The notes under the pieces are model-generated. The model saw only the letters and a list, made by a program, of their open reading frames with translations, was not told the origin of the DNA and did no database searches. From NCBI GenBank assembly GCA_964613045.1, contig CAZTFS010000002.1, positions 11,108-75,107 of the forward strand: a stretch of DNA of 64,000 nucleotides, read 5' to 3'. Position 1 is the first letter of the stretch; each line of letters opens with the position of its first letter. The stretch comes from an uncultured Eubacteriales bacterium. Its GTDB lineage: Bacteria > Bacillota > Clostridia > Oscillospirales > Acutalibacteraceae. The translations under genes and the position numbers were made by a program. Of the stretch, positions 45,071 through 53,045 are shown piece by piece.

Positions 45071-48000
45071 TCAGTAGTAAACTTTAACAGTTTTGATCTC
45101 AAAAGGTCTGAAAGAAACATTCATGTCATTGAGTTTTTCAAGTGTTTCTTCAAGCATGTTTGTAATTTCGCATTTCTTTGCACCGGGGAAGGAGAGAACA
45201 GCATTTGTTCTTGTACCTTCTGCTTCGTAAAGACGCACAATATAAGCATTTTCAGCATCTTCGCAGGGCTTGACTGCTTCAACAAAGATGTTTGCGGCAT
45301 CAACGCTTACGAGAGAATCGGCTTTGTAGTCGCCCTTAGCTGTAATAACGGGAATGTTAAGCATGTATGAAGGTCTGATAACATTTTCAGCACTGAATCC
45401 GCCGTTGTGAGGAAGGAATGAATATGTACACTTGTGAAGACCGTCATGATCGCCCATATAATCGGGATGGTTGCCGCCCTTGTGGAGAGAAAGTCTCATG
45501 TTTCCGTCTTCGACAGTGATACCGTACTTGCAATCATTAAGAAGTGCTGCACCGAATCTTGTTTCAGAAAGGTCAGTGTACTTATGGTTGACTACCTCAA
45601 ATTTTGCCTGCTCAATCGAATCGTTGCGTGTAGTGGGTCTCTTTACAAAACCGAACTGAATTTCATGTCTTGCAAAATCTTCAACGATATTTGTATCAAA
45701 TGCAGTTTTGAGGAGTCTGTGGTCGTCCTGCCAATCCATAACTGTATCAAATCTGACTTCAGCGGAATCTGCAAAGAAGATCATGTCCTGCTTAACGGTT
45801 GATTTGCCTGATATCTTGTATTCGGAACGAACAATATATGCAACTTCACCTGCGGAAACAACTTCTCTTGAAAGGAGAGCGGAAGCATCCTTGAATTTAC
45901 ACTGAACATCAGCATCAATATCCCAGTTGTCCCATGAAGAGGGGAGATCTTCTGCCATAATGAATGTATTAAGATTGTAACCGTTACCTTTGATTTCTCT
46001 GTTTGCGGTTTTGTCAACAAATGAACTGATAGTTCCGTTTTCGGCAAACTTGACAGAAGCAAAAGGTGTTTCGAGGCAGTTGCCGTTTACTGTAAATACA
46101 GAATTGCTTTCAGTCATACCCTTTTTGAGCTTGAGAGTTACTGAAGACATTGCAGGAACTGTAATACCGCTTACGATAAGTGTTTCCTTGCCGTCAATAT
46201 TTGTGTATATCTGCTGTTTGCAATCTGCATCAATTATGTAGCCCTCATAATCCATGAATACTGCATCATTTCTGTCAAATGAAAGTGTATTTATGAATGT
46301 TACCGAGTCATTTGTGTCAGAATTTATAATTGCAGAGATCTGCTCGTTTGCAGACTTTATGAGAGCAGTTGTTTCTGCACGGCTTTCAACGTGAGCCCTG
46401 TTCAAACATGTGCCGGGAAGAATATCATGGAACTGATTAAGAAGCAATGTCTCATAAAGAGGAGCGATATTTTCGCTTGAAGCCGCTTTGCCTGCCTTTT
46501 TAGCTTCGTTTACAGTAAGTATCTCAAGATCTCTGAGTGCAAGCTCGGATTTTCTGTTGTTTCTCTTGATCGTGTGCTGATTCGTAAGCGTACCTCTGTG
46601 AAGCTCAAGATAAAGCTCACCCTTGTACGTATTCGGGTTAACTGCGGTAGCTTCAAGGTCTTTCATAAATTCGCTTACGGACATATGCTTTGATTTGCCT
46701 ACACCGTCAAGATCCCGGATTCTTCTTGAAAGCTCAACCATTTCATACTGAGGTCCGCCGCCGCCGTCACCGAAGCCGTAGGATATAAGTCGCTTGTTGG
46801 AAACACTCTTCTGTTTGAGGTAGTCTTTTGTCTCTCTGATTACAGATGCAGCATCGGGATATATGTGTGTCCTGTTAAAATGAGTGAACACAGATGTACC
46901 GTCAAGACCTACCCAATTGAATGTATCATAGGGGAAGGTATTTGTATCATTCCATGAAAGCTTAGTAGTAAGGAAGTAATCAACGCCGCAGCCCTTCATG
47001 ATCTGAGGAATTGCAGCCGAATAGCCGAATGTATCGGGAAGCCAGAAGCAGTCAGATGTGTAGTCAAAATACTTTCTTGTAAATCTCTGCCCCCAAAGGA
47101 ACTGACGGATCATGGATTCACCGGAAGTTATGTTACAGTCGCATTCTACCCAAACACCGCCGTTGGGCTCATATCTGCCTTCATGTACTTTTTCAGCGAT
47201 TCTTTCAAACAGCTCGGGATAATTTTTTCTTATCATGTTGCTGTGACATGCAGAGCTCTGAATAAAGTTGTATTCGGGATACTGCTCCATTAGGCTGAGT
47301 GCATTTGCATAAGTTCTTGTAACCTTTTTTTCTGTTTCACCAACATGCCAGAGCCATGCTGTGTCCATGTGTGAATGACCGATAAGACCTGCAAAAGGAG
47401 CAGAATCGGCAGATTTTTTGGAAAGTACCTCCTTGAGTGCGGGAACAGCTTTTCTGATGCCGTCCATGAATGTGTCATAGTCGGTATCTTCAACAGAATA
47501 ATAAACATTCTTATGTACTTCGTAAAGTGCGTTTACAGCACAGCCACGCATAAAGCTGTCTTTTTCAAGAGCAGTTGCAAGCTGCCATACAGTCATAAGA
47601 TCAAAGTAGAATTCCTGTATCTCAAAATTCTTTGTGCAGATGTCAGCACCGTTATAAATGAAGTTGTAATCCTTGATGCATGCATCGTCATAAGGATGAC
47701 ATCCGGGATAATCATGTCCGCCGTAATACTCGATAACGATATTAAGGTTTTCATTTGCAGCAGCATTTTTCTTTATCATGTCACAGTAATGGTTTCCGTG
47801 ACCTGTATAAACGATCTTTGTTGCGAAAGTACCCATTGTTCTTCCGTTTACGAAAAGGAGAGCTTCATAACCGCCCATATGAGGCTTTATAAAAAGATCT
47901 TTTCCTGCGAGCTCTTCGGGTACTGTATAGGAAGCTTTGTACCAGCTGTAAGCATCTTTACCGTACCAGGTAGAACCTCTTTCTATGGGAGCAAACTTGC

Positions 48001-48148
48001 TGTCATCCGGAATTTCGTGAAGTCTTTCTTTTGTAACGAACTGTGAAAAATCAATAGTTGCATGAGTATTGAATATCATCGGCTCGAGAGTTTCCTGAAA
48101 ACGCTTTATTTTGTCAAGCAGTTTTTCGATCTGCGGTTCATTCAGCAT
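45071..48148 (-). CDS. GH38 alpha-mannosidase (cytoplasmic)
   Basis: GHSHMDTAWLW metal-binding motif, FWLPDTFGYS, LLNQFHDILPGT. Confidence 0.9.
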   Translation of the reverse strand: MLNEPQIEKLLDKIKRFQETLEPMIFNTHATIDFSQFVTKERLHEIPDDSKFAPIERGSTWYGKDAYSWYKASYTVPEELAGKDLFIKPHMGGYEALLFVNGRTMGTFATKIVYTGHGNHYCDMIKKNAAANENLNIVIEYYGGHDYPGCHPYDDACIKDYNFIYNGADICTKNFEIQEFYFDLMTVWQLATALEKDSFMRGCAVNALYEVHKNVYYSVEDTDYDTFMDGIRKAVPALKEVLSKKSADSAPFAGLIGHSHMDTAWLWHVGETEKKVTRTYANALSLMEQYPEYNFIQSSACHSNMIRKNYPELFERIAEKVHEGRYEPNGGVWVECDCNITSGESMIRQFLWGQRFTRKYFDYTSDCFWLPDTFGYSAAIPQIMKGCGVDYFLTTKLSWNDTNTFPYDTFNWVGLDGTSVFTHFNRTHIYPDAASVIRETKDYLKQKSVSNKRLISYGFGDGGGGPQYEMVELSRRIRDLDGVGKSKHMSVSEFMKDLEATAVNPNTYKGELYLELHRGTLTNQHTIKRNNRKSELALRDLEILTVNEAKKAGKAASSENIAPLYETLLLNQFHDILPGTCLNRAHVESRAETTALIKSANEQISAIINSDTNDSVTFINTLSFDRNDAVFMDYEGYIIDADCKQQIYTNIDGKETLIVSGITVPAMSSVTLKLKKGMTESNSVFTVNGNCLETPFASVKFAENGTISSFVDKTANREIKGNGYNLNTFIMAEDLPSSWDNWDIDADVQCKFKDASALLSREVVSAGEVAYIVRSEYKISGKSTVKQDMIFFADSAEVRFDTVMDWQDDHRLLKTAFDTNIVEDFARHEIQFGFVKRPTTRNDSIEQAKFEVVNHKYTDLSETRFGAALLNDCKYGITVEDGNMRLSLHKGGNHPDYMGDHDGLHKCTYSFLPHNGGFSAENVIRPSYMLNIPVITAKGDYKADSLVSVDAANIFVEAVKPCEDAENAYIVRLYEAEGTRTNAVLSFPGAKKCEITNMLEETLEKLNDMNVSFRPFEIKTVKVYY

Positions 48149-48176
48149 AAGATCACCTCAAAAATTATTTGAAGAA

Positions 48177-48205
48177 ATTATACTACATGATAATTAATAT
48201 TTCAA
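48177..48205 (-). promoter_or_regulatory. Consensus SigA-type promoter for the GH38 gene
   Basis: On the minus strand: TTGAAA (48205-48200), 17-nt spacer, TATAAT (48182-48177). Confidence 0.55.
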
Positions 48206-48227
48206 CAATAATATCGAAATTATTAGG

Positions 48228-48256
48228 TTGAAATTTGAAAAAATATAGTATATAAT
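48228..48256 (+). promoter_or_regulatory. Consensus SigA-type promoter whose -10 ends 7 nt before the HAD start codon (leaderless configuration)
   Basis: TTGAAA (48228-48233), 17-nt spacer, TATAAT (48251-48256). ATG at 48264 with no Shine-Dalgarno sequence. Confidence 0.55.
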
Positions 48257-48263
48257 TCCAAGT

Positions 48264-48836
48264 ATGAATATTTATGATTTTGACAATACGATCTATGACG
48301 GCGAAAGTGTGTGGGATTTTTTTATAAGCTACATAAGAGTCAATCCTTCTTTTGTCCGTTACATGCCAAGAGTGATTTTTGCATTTGCGAAGTATAAGCT
48401 CGGAAAACTGACGGTTGAGCAGATGATAAGTGATTATGCTCCTGTCATAAAGAAATGTTACTGTGACTATGATAATTGGGAGGAATTCACGGTAAAATTC
48501 TGGGACGAGCATATGCATAAAATCAAAAATTTCTATAGTGAAGTGAGAAAAGATGATGACGTGATTCTGACAGCGTCACCCGAGCTTACTATTAAGGAGA
48601 TTGCAAAACGACTTAATATCAGATACTATGTATGCTCCACCGTTGATAATGAAACAGGGGAGATAACACGTATGTGTATGCGTCAGAACAAGATAACTGC
48701 ACTTAAGGAAGAGTTCGGTGATGATGTTCAGATAGATGACTTTTATACCGATTCTATCGCAAATGACGGTTTCTTTGCCGAACATGCTAAGCGAGTGTTT
48801 CTTGTGAAGGGTGATAAGATAACTCAGATAAAATAG
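48264..48836 (+). CDS. HAD-IB-like hydrolase
   Basis: MNIYDFDNTIYDGES (DxDxT at residues 5-9), ILTASP, C-terminal YTDSIANDG. Confidence 0.75.
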   Translation: MNIYDFDNTIYDGESVWDFFISYIRVNPSFVRYMPRVIFAFAKYKLGKLTVEQMISDYAPVIKKCYCDYDNWEEFTVKFWDEHMHKIKNFYSEVRKDDDVILTASPELTIKEIAKRLNIRYYVCSTVDNETGEITRMCMRQNKITALKEEFGDDVQIDDFYTDSIANDGFFAEHAKRVFLVKGDKITQIK

Positions 48837-48845
48837 CAATAAATT

Positions 48846-48885
48846 AAGAGGTGTAATGTTTAAAAGCTTTACACCTCTTTCTTTG
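48846..48885 (+). terminator. Rho-independent terminator after the HAD gene
   Basis: AAGAGGTGTAA / TTACACCTCTT 11-bp stem, then TCTTTG. Confidence 0.7.
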
Positions 48886-49109
48886 TGTGAAAATCACTGT
48901 AAAGTTAAATTGCATTACACAAAAAAATGTATATTTACTCTGTAAATAAAAATTCCTTTACGGTGTTCAAAACTCTGTTTAAAATGTTTAAAACATTGCC
49001 GAAAATGTGTAAAACGCATGGATTTTGTGTATAAATCGTAAAGCTTAAAAACTTTACTGTTCAAAACTATTTTGTTTTTATACATTGCATATCCGGTTAG
49101 TATATGCAA

Positions 49110-49724
49110 TTATTGATTGGTTATTCTGTTTTTGATCGCTTCAATATATTCCATGATTTTAAACCTGACTTCATATTTTTCAGTGTTTATTACAATGTCC
49201 TGTTGAGTGTTGTTAAAGACTGAATCTATTGAATTATCCTCGGCGGCGGGCAAGCAAAGAGTCGGAAACATGACGCACCACCAGTTTTTGCCGTTGCCGT
49301 TACCTATAATTATTTTCAGTGCAAGATATTTACCTGCCGGCATTGTTACATCATCGTATATTCTGGTCGTAAAATACTCTTCTTCAAGATATACTTCTGT
49401 ATTATAGGAATATCCGTATTCAGAGATTATACTTTCTGCAGTTTTTTTTATATTATTTATTTCAGGTTCGATCTTTTCCTTAGCGTTCTGCGGAGATACT
49501 GTTCCGTCAAAAATTGCAGGGCATTGCTCAAGAACAGCATCTCGTACCTTTAGTTTTAATTCTTGATCTTCTTTAGAATCCGAATTTGCAAGAATATGAA
49601 GTCTTATTACATCGTTTCGAATGGTCTGACAGGAATAAGAGAATGATGAGATGTTGTAGAGTAACAAAAAAGCAAGACTTATTGATACTGCAATTGTAAG
49701 ATTTCTGAATTTAAGTTTATCCAT
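49110..49724 (-). CDS. spoIIR: Stage II sporulation protein R
   Basis: IRLHILANSDSKEDQELKLKVRDAVL and NWWCVMFPTLC. AAAGGA RBS before ATG 49724; the longer ORF-track start lies inside the ispE terminator. Confidence 0.88.
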   Translation of the reverse strand: MDKLKFRNLTIAVSISLAFLLLYNISSFSYSCQTIRNDVIRLHILANSDSKEDQELKLKVRDAVLEQCPAIFDGTVSPQNAKEKIEPEINNIKKTAESIISEYGYSYNTEVYLEEEYFTTRIYDDVTMPAGKYLALKIIIGNGNGKNWWCVMFPTLCLPAAEDNSIDSVFNNTQQDIVINTEKYEVRFKIMEYIEAIKNRITNQ

Positions 49725-49740
49725 TTTTATGTCCTTTCTG

Positions 49741-49780
49741 AAAATAAGAAAACCGTCTGTCAAATTAATGATAGACGGTT
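49741..49780 (-). terminator. Rho-independent terminator after ispE
   Basis: AACCGTCT / AGACGGTT stem (49751-49780), followed on the minus strand by TTCTTATTTT. Confidence 0.7.
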
Positions 49781-49800
49781 TTTTCCATATTTATGCAGAT

Positions 49801-50670
49801 TTATACTATTTCAATGCTTTGTTTTACGGGGACAGTTTCAAAAACTTGCGTAAATTTGTCTCTCAGCTCTTCGGCACACTCTGAAGCATCTTTTTGATCT
49901 TCAAATACACCGAATATTGCCGCACCGCTGCCTGTCATCATTGCAAGTTTTGCGTTGTGATTACGCATTATTGCCTTAATTTTAACTCTGTCACCGACTT
50001 CAACGACCTGTTCAAAAACATTTGCAGCCTTATTGCACATACTTTTGAGGTCTTTTTGTGTTGCGGCGAAAAGAAATCCTTCATTATCCGGGTGTCTGAT
50101 CCAATCAGCAGTATCGTAATTTGTATAAGCATCCTTTGTAGAAACGCCCTGGCTGGGCTTTACGACGACAATATAACATTCGGGAATATCGGGAAGCTTT
50201 GCCATGACTTCACCTTTATTAAGACAAAGTCTTGTGCCTCCTGCTATGCAGAAGGGAACATCAGCACCGACCTTTTCCCCTATCTTATATAAATCATCCG
50301 GGGACAACTCTGTGTTCAGAAGCTTGTCAAGAGCAACTATAACTGCTGCAGCATCTGCACTGCCGCCTGCCATACCTGCCTGTGACGGTATGATCTTTTC
50401 TATATGTATATGGGCACCGTGAACAGTATCATTAATGTTCTCAAAAAAGAACTGTGCCGCTTTATAAGCTGTATTTTTGCTGTCTGCAGGCACGGTCTTG
50501 TCCTGACAGGAAAGTGTTATAATGCCCGAGTCGTTCAATTCCACTGAAACATTATCATAAATTCCTACGGATTGCATAACTGTATAGATGCTGTGATAAC
50601 CGTTTTCGAGTATTGCAGTAAGATCAAGAATAAGGTTGACTTTAGCAGCTGCTTTGAGAGAAATTTTCAT
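49801..50670 (-). CDS. ispE: 4-diphosphocytidyl-2-C-methyl-D-erythritol kinase
   Basis: AAAKVNLILDL and GHMP-kinase motif PSQAGMAGGSADAAA. Confidence 0.92.
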   Translation of the reverse strand: MKISLKAAAKVNLILDLTAILENGYHSIYTVMQSVGIYDNVSVELNDSGIITLSCQDKTVPADSKNTAYKAAQFFFENINDTVHGAHIHIEKIIPSQAGMAGGSADAAAVIVALDKLLNTELSPDDLYKIGEKVGADVPFCIAGGTRLCLNKGEVMAKLPDIPECYIVVVKPSQGVSTKDAYTNYDTADWIRHPDNEGFLFAATQKDLKSMCNKAANVFEQVVEVGDRVKIKAIMRNHNAKLAMMTGSGAAIFGVFEDQKDASECAEELRDKFTQVFETVPVKQSIEIV

Positions 50671-50798
50671 ATTTGCACCATCCTTATATATATTCTAACT
50701 GCTATGACCAAATTTTTCAATATTTTTTTGATAAAATATTGTAAAGATCTTTAAATTGTGATAACATATATAAGCAAAAATTTTATACGGTGATATTT

Positions 50799-51611
50799 AT
50801 GGAATTTAAAACAATTGTTGATACGCACAATCATACAGATAATTCTTTTGACGGAAATCATTCACCTGTATATATGTGCGAGGCTGCATGTAACAAAGGA
50901 TTAAGGGCAATTGCATTTACCGATCATTGTGAAGTTGATGCGTTTGATGACAGTGCAGAAAGAAGTGTCAGACAGGCATATTTTGAGATCGCAAAAGCAA
51001 AAAGTGCGTTTATGGGTAAGTTGCTTGTGCTTAACGGAATTGAACTCGGACAGCCTGCTTATGATATTCCCACAGCGGAAAAGATACTTGCTTCCCAGAA
51101 ATTTGATATAGTTATCGGATCTGTACATAACCTCAGAAATAAAAAAGATTTTTATTTTATTGAGGATTTTTCTAAAATTGATGTAAAGGCTGAACTTAGA
51201 GAATATTTCGATGAGATTCTGACTATGCTTGAATGGGGTAATTTTGATATTCTTGCTCATCTTACATATCCTTTCCGTTATCTTTTCTCAAGAAACAATA
51301 TACGTGTTGATATTGATGAATATAAGCCTCAGGTTGATGAAATACTCAAGCTGACCGCTGAAAAAAATATTGCTCTTGAGATCAATACGGGCGGACTCAG
51401 ACAGCCTATAGACAGACTTGCACCTGAGGTAGGTACAGTAAAAAGATTTAAGGAACTCGGCGGCAAAATGGTATCTGTCGGCTCTGACGCTCATTTTGCT
51501 AAGGATATCGGCGTCGGTATCAAGGACGCATTGTCTGCTGCAAAGGAGGCAGGCTTTGACTGCGTGACGATATTCCAGAAACGCCAGCCTCTTGAGATTC
51601 CCATTGAATAA
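50799..51611 (+). CDS. PHP-family histidinol-phosphatase-like hydrolase (HisJ family)
   Basis: VDTHNHTDNSFDG, FTDH, GSVH, GSDAH metal-ligand motifs. Confidence 0.8.
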   Translation: MEFKTIVDTHNHTDNSFDGNHSPVYMCEAACNKGLRAIAFTDHCEVDAFDDSAERSVRQAYFEIAKAKSAFMGKLLVLNGIELGQPAYDIPTAEKILASQKFDIVIGSVHNLRNKKDFYFIEDFSKIDVKAELREYFDEILTMLEWGNFDILAHLTYPFRYLFSRNNIRVDIDEYKPQVDEILKLTAEKNIALEINTGGLRQPIDRLAPEVGTVKRFKELGGKMVSVGSDAHFAKDIGVGIKDALSAAKEAGFDCVTIFQKRQPLEIPIE

Positions 51612-51630
51612 CAACGGAGATGAATTTGAT

Positions 51631-53001
51631 TTGTTTGAAGCAGATAAATATCTGGATAAAGTAAAACGTATCCACTTTATTGGTATCGGCGGCTCTGGCA
51701 TGTGTCCGCTTGCAGAGATACTGCATTCCAAAGGTTATGAGCTTTCAGGCTCTGATAATAATGAAACAGACACCCTTAACAGGATAAAATCGCTTGGGAT
51801 TCCTGTTGTTCTCGGTCAGAAAGCCGAAAATATAGAGGGAGCTGAGATGATTATTTATACTGCGGCGATCCAGAAGGATAATCCCGAGCTGATTGCTGCA
51901 ATGAACAGCGGTATTCCTACTTTTGAGCGTTCCAAGTTGCTCGGTGCTGTTTCAAGAAAGTTCGGAAATTGTATCGGTATCAGCGGAACACACGGCAAGA
52001 CTACTGTTACGTCAATGCTGACCCAGGTGCTTATAAATGCCGGTGTTGATCCCTCTGCGGTAATCGGCGGAAAGCTCCCCATGACAGGAACTAACGGAAT
52101 TACAGGCAATTCCGATATTTTTGTTTGTGAAGCATGTGAGTATTCCAATACATTTCTTGAGCTCAGCCCTGAGTGCAGTGTTATTCTTAATGTTGATGCA
52201 GATCATCTTGAATTTTTTAAGACGATGGATAATCTGAGACATTCTTTTGTTGAATTTGCCTCAATGGCAAAAACCGTAATTTATAACGGTGATGATGAAA
52301 ATACGCTGAAAGTCATTGCTGAAACTGACGGAAAGGAATACATTACCTTTGGTCTTGACAAGTCCAATGACTGGTATGCAGACAATTTCGGTAGAGATAA
52401 CGGTGCCTATTCTGAATTTGATGTTTATTTTAAAGGTCAGAAACAGGGCAGAGCAGTTCTTTCTGTTCCCGGCAAACATAATATTTATAACGCTCTTGCA
52501 GCTATCGCATCCGCCGTATATGCAGGCGTTGAGCCTGTGAAGGCAATTGATCTGCTGCATGATTTCGGCGGAGCAGGCAGACGTTTTGAAAAACTCGGTG
52601 AATATAAAGGTATTACGATAGTAGATGACTATGCACATCATCCTGCCGAACTGAAAGTTACTCTTGAAGCTGCAAAGCAGATGAATTTTAAGAAGGTAAT
52701 TGCTGTTTTTCAGCCCTTTACCTATTCACGTACCGCGATGCTTCTTGATGATTTTGCTAAGGTGCTCAGTATTGCCGATAAGGTTGTTATGACTGAAATC
52801 ATGGGCTCAAGAGAAAAGAATACTTATAATATTTATTCTTCTGATCTGGCGGCTAAGATACCCGACAGTGAATGGTATCCGACTTTTGAAGAGGTTGCAA
52901 AGAGAGTCGAAGATATTGCCGAAGACGGCGATCTTGTTATAACGCTCGGATGCGGAGATGTTTATAAGATAGCCAAAATGATTATCAATGATTTGAAATA
53001 A
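51631..53001 (+). CDS. murC: UDP-N-acetylmuramate--L-alanine ligase; start codon uncertain (no in-frame ATG near the 5' end)
   Basis: IHFIGIGGSGMCPLAEIL, GISGTHGKTTVTSM, DDYAHHP. The TTG at 51631 follows GGAG (51616-51619). The ORF stays open back to a TTG at 51592, which overlaps the upstream gene. Confidence 0.88.
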   Translation: MFEADKYLDKVKRIHFIGIGGSGMCPLAEILHSKGYELSGSDNNETDTLNRIKSLGIPVVLGQKAENIEGAEMIIYTAAIQKDNPELIAAMNSGIPTFERSKLLGAVSRKFGNCIGISGTHGKTTVTSMLTQVLINAGVDPSAVIGGKLPMTGTNGITGNSDIFVCEACEYSNTFLELSPECSVILNVDADHLEFFKTMDNLRHSFVEFASMAKTVIYNGDDENTLKVIAETDGKEYITFGLDKSNDWYADNFGRDNGAYSEFDVYFKGQKQGRAVLSVPGKHNIYNALAAIASAVYAGVEPVKAIDLLHDFGGAGRRFEKLGEYKGITIVDDYAHHPAELKVTLEAAKQMNFKKVIAVFQPFTYSRTAMLLDDFAKVLSIADKVVMTEIMGSREKNTYNIYSSDLAAKIPDSEWYPTFEEVAKRVEDIAEDGDLVITLGCGDVYKIAKMIINDLK

Positions 53002-53007
53002 AAGATA

Positions 53008-53043
53008 GACCGTATGATGCTGAGTCATACGGTCATTTTTTTT
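53008..53043. terminator. Bidirectional terminator between murC and the histidine kinase gene
   Basis: GACCGTATGA / TCATACGGTC 10-bp stem, then T8 on the plus strand; A-rich upstream. Confidence 0.8.
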
Positions 53044-53045
53044 GC

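Noticed and set aside
47375-48046. A 223-aa ORF antisense to the GH38 gene.
   Set aside because: It is a shadow ORF inside a gene with clear GH38 motifs, and it has no motifs or RBS of its own.
49760-49800. A sigma-F-type promoter for spoIIR (GCATA ... GTCTATCATT).
   Set aside because: Only the -35 half is convincing, the -10 element matches poorly, and the transcript would begin inside the ispE terminator. I did not call it as a feature.
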